64,000 nt of DNA, taken from Haplodiscus bocki (lineage: Eukaryota). Numbering within the stretch: position 1 is the stretch's first letter; each line of letters starts with the position of its first letter. The notes under the pieces are model-generated. The model saw only the letters and a program-made list of their open reading frames with translations. It was not told where the DNA came from and did not search any database. This document shows, one piece after another, positions 12,301-26,100 of this stretch. A program made the position numbers and the translations under genes. The DNA lies in NCBI GenBank assembly GCA_965655095.1, contig OZ296651.1:45012001-45076000 (forward strand). Direction: 5' to 3'.

Positions 12301-15110
12301 AATGCTTCATCTTGACTCCGAAAGTCTTTTTTATTCTCAATTATAGACCTATAGGCTTTACTCCCTTCATTAGGGTGTCAGTCGACAACTCCACATTTTC
12401 GAAATAAAAATAAAGCTCTCTGACTTTTGCTTTAGAAGCCTGCAGGTTCCTACGTTCCAGGTGCAATTGTTTAAGATTCCTTCTGTTCTTTGAACGCATT
12501 TTCCTTCGTAACTCTAGATTTGATTCGTTTTATCAATTTCTCAATCAAAAGCTTTCATTTTTTCCTAAACCACATAACTCGAAACTAAACAAATACATTC
12601 TTTCCATCAGAGTCCATATAGTACGAATGTTACGAACAAGGTTTACAAATTTGAGTTATCTCAATTTTACACCTAGTGTTTCTTTCCTAACTAGAAACTT
12701 GATGTCTTTCATCAACGTCCTACTGGAAAATCCTACTTTGTGCAGGAGAATTCTAGTAGAAATCTTCATTTTGATATTTGCGTCATTATCAAGAGGGTCC
12801 AGGTTTTCCAAAAATTGCTAATAAATTTCTAATTCTCTGCTTTGTCAAAGTTTCATCTTTTGTAACTGCATGCCGGATCTCTCCCGTCAGAATCTCAATC
12901 GATATCTTTTTAGGAGTAAAAAGTTCGATTCCAAATCTATCGACTATTATTCTGTGAATCTTGAAGTTGACGGTACGACAGCTCGGGATACTGTTTATAA
13001 TTCGAATTTGTATAACTAAAACCAACTTTTCTCATAACAAAAGGCTTGATGTGTTCCATCACGGTTTCAATCGACACGCAGAAAGTTGAAGAGCATTCAT
13101 TTTAAAAAAAATCATTTTTTACCCCTGTTTCAACATTTTTACGTTCCCAAAGTTCGAAAAGAAGCACCCACATTAGAAAAATATCGACTTCCGAACTAGC
13201 AGCTGATTTATATTTGAAGTGCCCTTGAACAAAATCATTTATATTGATCCCTCCGTCGAAGTTTTGACGCTCCCAAGGTTGGAGAAATGGCTTTTACTTT
13301 GCATCAAATTCTTTTTTGAGACTCAATTTCGTCGAAAATACCGGTTTTTTTCTTCAACTAAAGTGTTTATTGAAAGCAAATAATTGAAGGAAAGAGTTTG
13401 ACCTAAAATCAATTATTTTTCTCGATGTCCAAATGAATGTTTTCTTAGGTGTTCAGAAGGTACCCTCAATTTGGACTCATCTCGATTTCAAAACTTATTT
13501 CATTGCGCGACTACAGTTTTTATTTCATTCAAAACTGTGGCGGGCTACAGCTTTAAATTTTTTGAACATTCAAACGAAAAAGCAATCACCTTGATCTTAG
13601 CGTCAACATTGGGCTGTTCCCAATGTTCCAGGTGCCATTGCCATTGATTTCTCCCGACTTTGAATCTTTTTTTTTCTCCGTAATTTCTGATTTGATTCAT
13701 TCTAACAGTTTCTTAGAATCTCGATTTCGAAACTTTTTCAATCCGTGACTACTGGTTAGTTTTTTTCTACAAGTTGCATGGCGACAACTTAACACTTGTA
13801 CAAGACTCGATTTTCAAAAAAGGCATTCATTTTGATCATTGCATCTAAAACGTGCTGGTCCCAACGTTATAGTTGCTACTACTAAAGGTTCATCTCGTTT
13901 TTGGAACTACTTTTTCTCCGAAAATTAGAATTGGATTCCTTCCATCATTTTGTCAATCGAAATCTCTCAGTTTCTCCAAAACAACTTTCATGAAAAAAGG
14001 TATAAAACATCTATCAGAATACGAATATTACAAAATTTACAAATACTATTTTCAAGGTTGATTTTTCTCGATTTTGGAGTTTTTTCCGTAAATAATGGCG
14101 TGATGTCTTCCATCAAGGCCCTAATCGAAAATTAGTTTTCTGTAGAGAAGGATTTCAATAAAATTGTGTACTGTGATCATAGCTTCAAAATCGTAGGGGT
14201 CCAGATTTTCCAAAACACTGCTACGAATTTTGACTCTTCTGCATTTCCTTACTCGTGTCTTCCGTAGCTACAGTGTAGACCTCTCTGTTCAGTGCCTCCT
14301 TCGACAACTTTTTTGGGGGTAAACAATTCGATTTCAATTTTATCGTTTTCTGATTTATGAATCGCGAAGTTGACGGTGTGAGGGTTTCAGAAACTGATGT
14401 TTTTTTTATTTTGTCTCGAACACTCAAATCAAATTTCGCCATGACAAGGGGCTTGATGTGTTCTAACGAGGTCTCAATCGGCACTTCTATACTTAGAGCT
14501 CATTCGTTTTCAAAACAAAAGTTTTTATCCCTCCCTCAAATTTCTGATGGTCCCAACTTTTTGATAAAAGCAATTACCTTATATTAGTTTCGACTTCCAA
14601 ACCAAGTTTAGTCCGTATTTGCCGGTTCGATTCCTCCATTTAAGTTCCTGATAGGAAGCAAGACTTTGAGGGAGAAGGAATTGATCGAAGAAAAAGTTTT
14701 CATTTGCGACAAAATCTTGATAGACCCAAGTGTACAAAAAATGCCTCTAAAACGGATTCATCTCGATTCCTAAACTCATTTCAATCCGTGACTAACGGTT
14801 TGTTTCTTGATTTACAGTTTCAGGTGACAGCCTTACACTGAAGAAGACTCGATTTAAAATTCATTTGATCTGAACATCAAAATAGTGCTGAGCATGTAAA
14901 TTGAGCTAGTTCTAATGTTTCAATTGCTGATACTAATCATTCATCTCATTTTCTCAAAATCTCTCTTCTCCGGAGCTTCAAGTTTAATTTAATCCATCAA
15001 TTTTTCAGAAAACTGACATTTTTGTTTCTTTTTCAGAATAGTTTCAGTACGAAGGTTACAAAAATCGTTTTCAGTAGTGATTATTCTCGATAACCCCTAT
15101 GCTTTTCCTC
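9320..15110 (+). repeat. Family 1, old layer: diverged 6-mer (A-B-C-D-E-F, ~1.02-1.05 kb) with local rearrangements
   Basis: Type E heads (..agacttgatgtcttccatcaaggccctaatc) at ~9555, 10572, 11620, 12150, 12688, 14085, 15113; type A heads at ~9885, 10921, 13041, 14445. Copies alignable by type but strongly diverged. Confidence 0.8.
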
Positions 15111-17150
15111 TGTGTCTAGAGACTTGATGTCTCTTTTCAAGGCACTAATCGAAAGTTTTTCTCCACCGGAGGAACATCCCCTAAAAATCTGAAGCTGTGA
15201 TCGTTGTTTCAAAACTATGGTGATCCCAACATTCTAAAACTTTGTAAACTCTTCGACTTCTTCCTTTTTCAAACTCATCTTTTTCGTAGCTGAAGGCTAG
15301 ATCAATCAAATTGAAGTCTCCATCGACTGCATTTTTCAGATTAAATAATTCGATTGTAATGAAGTTGCTTAATTTTTCCGGAATCCTGATAATCACGGTA
15401 GGAAAACTCCAGAAACTGCCGCCTTTTTAATTCTTATCCCTAAGTGAAAAACCAATCTCCCAGAGAATAAAAGCTCGCCGTGTTCCATGAAGGTCTCAAC
15501 CCGCAGTTTAACACTTGAAGAGCATTCGTTTCAAAAAATTTTTCAACACGATGCCTCCATCAAGTTTCAGAAGAACCCAAGATTTGAGAAGTGGCTTTAC
15601 TTCAAAGAACTTTCTAATTTTCAACTCGTTTTTGTCCATGAAAACCCGTTTGGTTTCCTCATCTAAAGTCTTCAACGAAAGCAGTAACTTCGGAGGAAAA
15701 GTTTCGCTGAAAATCATTTTCCACTTATCGATAAATCAGAAAAATGATTTTTCCCGGGTGTTGAAGAAGGTGCCCTCAAACTAATCTCATCTCGATTCCA
15801 AAACTCAATTCAATGCGCGACTACAGGCTTTATTCCTTTCAATACAGTGGCAGGCGACAGCTTTACATTTTTTGAACAATCAAAGGAAGAGTCATTCACT
15901 TTGACCCTAGCATCAAGATTGGGCTGGTCCCAACGTTCTAAATGCCAGTACCTTTGAATCCTCCTGACGTTGAAGCTATTTTTTCTCGGTAATTTTTGAT
16001 TTGGATCATTCCAACATTTTCTCATTCGAAATCTTCCAATCTCCTCAACACCATTTTTACGGAATACTTTTTGTTCTTTACTTCCAACAGAATGCGGACA
16101 CTACGAAGCTTACGTAAATTGTTCATTTTGTTGGTTTTTCTTGATTAAAAAACAATGATTTCATCCGCGACTTTTTCTTTCAATGTCGTAATCGGCGTTT
16201 TGTTTCTGTGGAGAAGCACTCCATTGAAAAGTTTTTTTTGTAGTAATTGCGGCGAATTAAAGAGTTCACAATTTCCAGAAACTGCTAATAATTCGAAATT
16301 CTCTTTTTTCAAATTTTTTTTTCGTAGCTACGGGCTAGACTGCTCCCACAAGAGCCCAAATTGACATTTTTTTGGGGTGACGATTGGCTTTCGACTTTTA
16401 CGATTATTTTTCTATGAATCATTAAGTTGATGATATGAGAGTTTCACTAACTGCTTTCTTTTTCATTTTGTCTCAAAAAACAGATCAACTTTCCCCGTAA
16501 TGAGAGGTTTGATGTGTTCCCTCAAAATCTCAATCAACAATTGTACACTTGAAGAGCTTTCGTTTGTAAAACACATTAACTGTTCGATCCCTCTACTAAA
16601 ATTCTGAAGGTCCAAGGTTCGAGAACGGTGCCGGTTTGAATCTCCCGTTAAAAGTCTTCATCGGAAGCATAACATTAAGGGACGAGGGTGTGACCAAAAA
16701 ACTGTTCCTTCTTTTTTGGGCACAATGTGTGATTTTCCAGAGTGTCCTGAAGGTGCCCTTGAAAATGATTTATATCGATTTGAAAAATCTTCTAGATCCG
16801 TGACAACAGGTTCATTTCTTTCAAATTATTGTCTGGTGGCTCCATAACTTTAGTTGAACACTCGACACTGGAGTTACTCAGTTTCTTTTGCGGCAAAATC
16901 CTGCTAGTCTCAGCGTTCCAGGTGCTATTACTTAGGATTCTACTCAATTGTCGAAATTACTGTTCAGTGTATCCTCAGGTTTTATTTAGTCTATCAATTT
17001 CTCCATCGAAAGTGTTCATTTCCCGGAAGACTTTTTGATTGAAGAGATATCAATTTTTTCTTCCTCCAGAATCCTGCCAGTACGAACAATACAACAATGG
17101 CTTTTTGAAACTGAAAGCTTTTGATAACATTTTTTAATTCTCTCCAAAAC
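15111..17150 (+). repeat. Family 1: single intact 12-mer (two differentiated 6-mers, 2,034 bp)
   Basis: E1 (tagagacttg 15117), F, A, B, C, D, shortened E2 (~16165), F2, A1 (~16500), B1, C1, D1, next E1 (tagaagcttg 17151). Confidence 0.75.
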
Positions 17151-20100
17151 TAGAAGCTTGATCTCTAACTTCAAGGTCCTAATCGAAATTTTTTTCTGTC
17201 GAGCTTGAATCCAATGAAAAACGTGATTGTGATCGTTGCGTAAAAGTTATGATGATCCGAAATTTACAAAACAGGATTAAATAGTTGAATCTTTGCCTCT
17301 TTCAACTCACGTTTTCCGTGGCCACGGGCAGGACCTCTCACATGAGAGTCTCATTCGACAGTTCTTAATTCTGATTTTGCCTCAAAAATGAAAATCAACT
17401 GTTCCCGTAAAAAGAAGCTGGCTCTGTTCCATCAAGGTCTCAAACAGCAGTTTTACGGTTGAAGAGAATTTGATCCAAAAAATCATTTACATTGATCCCT
17501 CAGTGAATATTCCGACGGTCCCAGGGTTCGAGGAAAGTCTTTTACTTTCAATCAAAATCTTTTTTGAAACTCAATTTTGTCAAAAATGCCGGTTTGGTTT
17601 CTTCAACTAAAGTCTTTATCGAAAGTAATAAAATAGGAAAAGGGGTTTTTTGAGAATCCTTTTTTTTATGTCAAAGCCCCGATTCTCCCGTGTGGTCAGA
17701 AAAAGCCCTCAAATTTGAATCCTCTCGAATTCAAAAATCACTTCAATGTGCGACTACAGGCTTTAATTCTTTCAATACGGTGGCAGGCGACAGCTTTGTG
17801 ATTTTTAAACACCCAAAGAAAAAGTAATTCTTTCTGATCCTAAAATCAAAATCGTGCTGGTCACAATGATCCGAGTGTCAATGGCAATGATTCCTCCCGG
17901 CTTCGAAACTATCCTACCGTAATTTCTGGTTTGATTCGTTCCAACAACTTCTCAATGGGAATGTTCCAATCTACTCAAAACCAATTTTTTATTTTTTCTA
18001 TTGTCTATTACTTCCAACAGAATCCAAACACTACAGATGTTGCAAAACTTCTTGAAATCGTTAATTTTTGAATAAAACCAGACATTACAATGGTTACAAA
18101 ATTTGTTTACCTCGTTGATTTTCAAAAAAAACTCATTTTCTTACAATTTTTTCCGCCGGGTTCGTACTTAGAACTTTTAATATTTGTGGAGGAGCATTCC
18201 AATGAAACGTTTCAAAGTGAGTGTCCAGATTTTCCAAAAACGTCAAAAAGTTTTAACTTCCCTGCTTTTTCAAAAGCTTTTTTTCGCAGCTAAGAGCTAG
18301 GTCGGTCCCACAAAGTTCCAAATCGACAGTTTTTTGGGAAGGGACGATTGGGTTTCAACTTTTACCATTGCTTCTCTAGGAGCCATGAAGTTGAAAATAC
18401 GGGGGTTCCAGTAACTGCTTTCTTCCTGTTTTGTTTCGAAAACCACATGCAACTTTCGCCGTAATGACAAGTTTGATCTGTTCCTTCAAGTTCTCAACCG
18501 ACAGTTTTACACTTGAAGAGAATCCAATTTTAAAAAAATTGATTATTTTGAACCCTCTACTAAAACTTCGCAAGTCCGACGTTCGATAACAAGCTTTTCT
18601 TTCCCCAGAATCCTGACAGTACGAAGAATACAAAAAAACGCTTTTTGAAACTGATAATTCTTTATTTTATTTTTTACTTTTTTCCGTAACTAGATGTTTG
18701 GTGTCTACCGTCAAGGTCTTAATCTAGAGTTTTTTTTCCGTTGAGCAGGAATATTTTGAAAAACGTTATTGTGGTGGTTGCTTAAAAATTATGGTGATCC
18801 CAAAATTATGAAACGTGCTAAAATTTTCGAAGCTTTCCCTTTTTCGAACTCATGTTTTTCGTACCTACGGGCGGGATCTCTCACAGCAGAGTCTCATTCG
18901 ACAGATTTTCAGAGGAAAATTTTGAATTGCAAACTCTTTGCTTTTTTTTCTGAATCACGACACTCACAGTACGATTTTTCTAGAAAGTTCTCTTAACTCT
19001 GATTTGATTTTGGCTCAAAAAAAGAAATCAATTTTCCCTCAAAAAGAAGCTAGCTCCATTCCATCAAGGTTCCAAACAGCAGTTTTACGCTTGAGGAAGA
19101 CTTGATTGAAAAAATCGCTTACAATGATCCGTCAAGGATGTTTCCGACGGTTCCAAAACTCCATGAAGGGCTTTTACTTCGAGTCAAATTTTTTTGGAAA
19201 CTCATTTTGGTCAAAAATGCCAGTTTGGTTTCTTCAACTGAAGTCTTTATCAAGAGCATTGAATTGAAGGAAAGGGGTTCTTCGTGAATCCTATATCTTT
19301 TTTAATGTCAAAGTCCCGATTTTCCCGTACGTTCAGAAAGTGCCCTCAAACTTGAATCATCTCCTTTCCAAAATTCATTTCAATGCGCCACTACAGGCTC
19401 CATTCTTTTCAATATCGTGGCAGGCGACAGCGTTACGATTTTTGGGTCACTGAACAAAAAAGTCATTGATTTTGATCCTAAAATCAGAATCGTGCTGATC
19501 ACAATGATCCGAGTGCCATTACCAATCATTCCTACCTACTTCGAAATTATCTTTCCCTGTAATTCCTGGTTTGATTAATTCCAACAATTTCTCAATGGGA
19601 ACCTTTCAATCTATGCAAAACCAATTTTTTTAAAATTTTTCGAATGTCTATTACTTTCACCAGAATCCAGACACTACAAAAATGCAAAACTTGTTTAAAA
19701 TGTTGATTTTCGAAAAAAAACACATTTTCATGCAGTTTTTTCCGTCGAAGTTGTACTTAGTACTTTTAATATTTGTGGAGAAGCATTCCCATGAAACGTT
19801 TCAATGTGATATTTGCGTCAATATCAAGAGTGTCCTGATTTTTCAAAAACTTCAAAATCTTTCAACTTCCCTGCTTTTTCAAAAACTTTTTATCGTAGCT
19901 AAGGGCTGGGTCGATACCACAAAACTCCAAAACGACAGCAATTTGTGATTGAACGATTGGGTTTTCACCTGTACGAATCTTTTTCTACGAATCCTGAAGT
20001 TGACCAAACGAGGGTTCCAGTAAGTGCTTTTTTTGTTTGAGTTCAAAAACCAAAGTCAACTTTCCTCACAATGATAAATTTGATGTGTTCATTCAAGATC

Positions 20101-23100
20101 CCAATAGACAATTTTACACTTGAAGAGCTTCAAATTCCTAAAAAATCGACTCTTCGGAAAACTCTTCTGAAACTTAGGAAGTTGAACTTGAGAAAACAAG
20201 CTTTGTTTCTCCAGAATCCTGACGGTACGAAGAATACAAAAATGCTTTTTCGAAACAGAAAAATCGTGATAGTACTTTTACCTTTTTCTAAAACTAGAAG
20301 CTTGATGTTTACCTTCAAGGTCCTAATCTAGAGCTTCTTCTGAGGAGCAGGATTCCATTGAAAAACGTTATTGTGAGAGTTGCTTAAAAATTATGGTGAT
20401 CCCAAAATTATGAAACATGCTAAATTTTTCGAAGCTTTGCATTTTTCGAACTCAAATTTTACGTACCTACGGGCGGGATCTCTCACAGCAGTGTCTAATT
20501 CGACAGTTTTTTCAGAGGAAAATTTTAAATTGCAAACTCTTTGCTTTTTTTTCTGAATCACCACACTCACGGTACGATTTTTCTAGAAAGTTCTCTTAAT
20601 TCTGATTTGATTTTGGCTCAAAAAAAGAAATCAATTTTCCCACAAAAAGAAGCTAGCTCCATTCCATCAAGGTTCCAAACAGCAGTTTTACGCTTGAGGA
20701 AGATTTGATTTTAAAAATCGTTTACAATGATCCGTCAAGGAGGTTTCGAACGGTTCCAAAACTCCATGAAGGGCTTTTACTTCGAGTCAAAATTTTTTGG
20801 AAACTCATTTTGGTCAAAAATGCCGGTTTGGTTTCTTCAACTAAAGTCTTTATCAAGAGCATTGAATTGAAGGAAAGGGGTTGTTCGCGAATCCTATATC
20901 TTTTTCTATGTCAAAGTCCCGATTTTCCCGTACGTTCAGAAAGTGCCCTCAAACTTGAATCATCTCGTTTCCAAAATTCATTTCAATGCGCGACTACAGG
21001 CTCTATTCTTTTCAATATCGTGGCAGGCGACAGCGTTACATTTTTTGGGTCACTCAAAGAAAAAGTCATTGATTTTGATCCTAAAATCGAAATCGTGCTG
21101 ATCACAATGATCCGAGTGCCATTACCAATCATTCCTACCTACTTCGAAATTATCTTTCCCCGTAACTCCGTAACTCTTGGTTTGATTAATTCCAACAATT
21201 TCTCAATGGGATTCTTTCAATCTAAGCAAAACCATTTTTTTATAGTTTTTCGAATGTCTATTACTTTCACCAGAATCCAGACACTACAAAAATGCAAAAC
21301 TGTTTAAAATGTTGATTTTCGAAAATAAAACACATTTTCATGCAGTTTTTGCCGTCGAGGTCGTACTTAGTACTTTTAATATTTGTGGATGAGCATTCAG
21401 ATGAAACTTTTTAATGTGATATTTGCGTCAAAATAAGGAGTGTCCTGATTTTTCAAAAACTTCAAAATCTTTCAACTTCCCTGCTTTTTCAGAAACTTTT
21501 TATCGTAGCTAAGGGCTGGGTCGATACCACAAAATTCCAAAACGACAGCATTTTGGGATGGAACGATTGGGTTTTAACCTGTACAAATCTTTTTCTACGA
21601 ATCCTGAAGTTGACGATACGAGGGTTCCAGTAAGTGCTTTTTTTGTTTGAGATCAAAAACCAAAGTCAACTTTCCTCACAATGATAAATTTGATGTGTTC
21701 ATTCAAGATCTCAATCGACAATTTTACACTTGAAGAGCTTCCAACTCCTAAAAAATCGACTCCTTGGAAAACTCTTCTGGAACTTTGGAAGTCGAACTTG
21801 AGAAAACAAGCTTTCTTTCACCAGAGTCCTGACGGTACGAAGAATACAAAAATGCTTTTTCGAAACTGAAAAATCGTGATGGTACTTTTACCTTTTTCTG
21901 TAACTAGAAGCTTGACGTTTACCTTCAAGGTCCTAATATAGAGCTTCTTCTGAGGAGCAGGATTCCATTGAAAAACGTTATTGTGATAGTTGCTTAAAAA
22001 TTATGGTGATCCCAAAATTATGAAACATGATAAATTTTTCGAAGCTTTGCCTTTTTCGGACTCATGTTTTTCGTCCCAACGGGCGGGATCTCTCACAGCA
22101 GAGTCTCATTCAACAGTTTTTAAAGAGGAAAATTTTAAATTGCAAAGTTTTTGCTTTTTTTTCTGAATCACGACACTCACAGTACGATTTTTCTAGAAAG
22201 TTCTCTTAACTCTGATTTGATTTTGGCTCAAAAAAAGAAATCAATTTTCCCTTAAAAAGAAGCTAGCTCCATTCCATCAAGGTTCCAAACAGCAGTTTTA
22301 CGCTTGAGGAAGACTTGATTGAAAAAATCGTTTACAATGATCCGTCAAGGATGTTTCCGACGGTTCCAAATCTCCATGAAGGGCTTTTACTTCGAGTCAA
22401 ATTTTTTTGGAAACTCATTTTGGTCAAAAATGCCGGTTTGGTTTCTTCAACTAAAGTCTTTATCGAGAGCATCGAATTGAAGGAAATGGGTTCTTCGTGA
22501 ATCCTATATCTTTTTCTATGTCAAAGTCCCGATTTTCCCGTACGTTCAGAAAGTGCCCTCAAACTTGAATCATCTCGTTTCCAAAATTCATTTCAATGCG
22601 CGACTACAGGCTCTATTTTTTCAATATCGTGGCAGGCGACAGCGTTACGATTTTTGGGTCACTGAACAAAAAAGTCATTGATTTTGATCCTAAAATCGAA
22701 ATCGTGCTGATCACAATGATCCGAGTGCCATTACCAATCATTCCTACCTACTTCGAAATTATGTTTCCCCGTAACTCCTGGTTTGATTAATTCCAACAAT
22801 TTCTCAATGAGAACCTTCCAATCTATGCAAAACCATTTTTTTAAAGTTTTTCGAATGTCTATTACTTTCACCAGAATCCAGACACTACAAAAATGCAAAA
22901 CTTGTTTAAAATGTTGATTTTCGAAAAAAAACACATTTTCATGCAGTTTTTGCCGTCGAGGTCGTACTTAGTACTTTTAATATTTGTGGATGAGCATTCC
23001 TATGAAACTTCCAATGTGATATTTGCGTCAACATCAGGAGTGTCCTGATTTTTCAAAAACTTCAAAATCTTTCAACTTCCCTGCTTTTTCAAAAACTTTT

Positions 23101-26100
23101 TATCGTAGCTAAGGGCTGGGTCGATACCACAAAATTCCAAAACGACAGCATTTTGGGATGGAACGATTGGGTTTTAACCTGTTCAAATCTTTTTCTACGA
23201 ATCCTGAAGTTGACGATACGAGGGTTCCAGTAACTGCTTTTTTTGTTTGAGTTCAAAAACCAAAGTCAACTTTCCTCACAATGATAAATTTGATGTGTTC
23301 ATTCAAGATCTCAATCGACAATTTTACACTTGAAGAGGTTCCAACTCCTAAAAAATCGACTTTTTGGAAAACTCTTCTGGAACTTTGGAAGTCGAACTTG
23401 AGAAAACAAGCTTTCTTTCTCCAGAATCCTGACGGTACGAAGAATACAAAAATGCTTTTTCCAAACTGAAAAATCGTGATGGTACTTTTACCTTTTTCTG
23501 TAACTGGAATCTTGATGCTTACCTTCAAGGTCCTAATCTAGATCTTCTTCTGAGGAGCAGGATTCCATTGAAAAACGTTATTGTGATAGTTGCTTAAAAA
23601 TTAAGGTGATCCCAAAATTATGAAACATGCTAAATTTTTCGAAGTTTTGCCTTTTTCGAACTCATGTTTTTCGTACCTACGGGCGGGACCTCTCACAGCA
23701 GAGTCTCATTCGACAGTTTTTCCAGAGGAAAATTTCAAATTGCAAAGTTTTTGCTTTTTTTTCTGAATCACGACACTCACAGTACGATTTTTCTAGAAAG
23801 TTCTCTTAACTCTGATTTGATTTTGGCTCAAAAAAAGAAATCAATTTTCCCTTAAAAAGAAGCTAGCTCCATTCCATCAAGGTTCCAAACAGCAGTTTTA
23901 CGCTTGAGGAAGACTTGATTGAAAAAATCGTTTACAATGATCCGTCAAGGATGTTTCCGACGGTTCCAAATCTCCATGAAGGGCTTTTACTTCGAGTCAA
24001 ATTTTTTTGGAAACTCATTTTGGTCAAAAATGCCGGTTTGGTTTCTTCAACTAAAGTCTTTATCGAGAGCATCGAATTGAAGGAAATGGGTTCTTCGTGA
24101 ATCCTATATCTTTTTCTATGTCAAAGTCCCGATTTTCCCGTACGTTCAGAAAGTGCCCTCAAACTTGAATCATCTCGTTTCCAAAATTCATTTCAATGCG
24201 CGACTACAGGCTCTATTTTTTCAATATCGTGGCAGGCGACAGCGTTACGATTTTTGGGTCACTGAACAAAAAAGTCATTGATTTTGATCCTAAAATCGAA
24301 ATCGTGCTGATCACAATGATCCGAATGCCATTACCAATCATTCCTACCTACTTCGAAATTATGTTTCCCCGTAACTCCTGGTTTGATTAATTCCAACAAT
24401 TTCTCAATGAGAACCTTCCAATCTATGCAAAACCATTTTTTTAAAGTTTTTCGAATGTCTATTACTTTCACCAGAATCCAGACACTACAAAAATGCAAAA
24501 CTTGTTTAAAATGTTGATTTTCGAAAAAAAAACACATTTTCATGCAGTTTTTGCCGTCGAGGTCGTACTTAGTACTTTTAATATTTGTGGATGAGCATTC
24601 CTATGAAACATCCAATGTGATATTTGCGTCAACATCAGGAGTGTCCTGATTTTTCAAAAACTTCAAAATCTTTCAACTTCCCTGCTTTTTCAAAAACTTT
24701 TTATCGTAGCTAAGGGCTGGGTCGATACCACAAAATTCCAAAACGACAGCATTTTGGGATGGAACGATTGGGTTTTAACCTGTTCAAATCTTTTTCTACG
24801 AATCCTGAAGTTGACGATACGAGGGTTCCAGTAACTGCTTTTTTTGTTTGAGTTCAAAAACCAAAGTCAACTTTCCTCACAATGATAAATTTGATGTGTT
24901 CATTCAAGATCTCAATCGACAATTTTACACTTGAAGAGGTTCCAACTCCTAAAAAATCGACTTTTTGGAAAACTCTTCTGGAACTTTGGAAGTCGAACTT
25001 GAGAAAACAAGCTTTCTTTCTCCAGAATCTTGACGGTACGAAGAATACAAAAATGCTTTTTCCAAACTGAAAAATCGTGATGGTACTTTTACCTTTTTCT
25101 GTAATTAAAAGCTTGACGTTTACCTTCAAACTCCTAATCTACAGCTTCTTCTGAGGAGCAGGATTCCATTGGAAAACGTTATCGTGATAGTTGCCTAAAA
25201 ATTATGGTGATGCCAAAATTATGAAACATGCTAAATTTTTCGAAGCTTTTCCTCTTTCAAACTCACGTTTTTCATACCTAGAGGCGGGATCTTTCACTTC
25301 AGAATCTCATTCGACAGTTTATTCAGAGGAAAAATATAAATTGCAAACTTTTTGCTTTTTTCTGAATCACGACACTCACAGTACGATTTTTCTAGAAAGT
25401 TCTCTTAGCCCTGATTTTGGCTCAAAAAAGGAAATCAACTTTTCCCTTAAAAAAACTGGCTCTGTTCCATCAAAGTTCCAAGCAGCAGTTTTACGCTTTG
25501 AAGAAGATTTGATTCAAAAAATCTTTTACAATGATCCATCAATGAAGTTTCCGACGGTCCCAGGATTCGAGGAAAGGCTTTTACTTTGACTGAAATTCTT
25601 TTTTGAAACTCATTTTTGTCGAAAGAGCTGGTTTGATGTCTTCAACTAAGGCCTTTATCCAGAGCAATAAATAAATGGAAAGGGTTTGTTTGAGGATCCT
25701 ATATTCTTATCTATGTCAAAGTCCCGATTTTCCCGTATGTTCAGAACGTGCCCTCAAACTTGCATCATCTCAATTTCAAAATTCATTTCAAAGCGCGACT
25801 ACCGGCTCTATTTCTCTCAATACCCTGGCACGAGACAGCGTTACATTTTTTAAACACTCAACGAAAAAGTCATTGATTTTCATCCAAAAATCGAAATCGT
25901 GCTGGTCACAATGATCCGAGTGCCATTACCAATCATTCCTACCTACTTCGAAATTATCTTTCCCCGTAACTCCGTAACTCTTGGTTTGATTAATTCCAAC
26001 AATTTCTCAATGGAAACTTTCCAATCTATGCAAAACCAATTTTTTATAGTTTTTCGAATGTCTATTACTTTCACCAGAATCCAGACACTACAAAGAATGC

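Noticed and set aside
16610-17540. Pol III B-box-like ggttcgag motifs (tRNA or SINE array)
   Set aside because: Imperfect match, no A box or cloverleaf, and present in only a few monomers.
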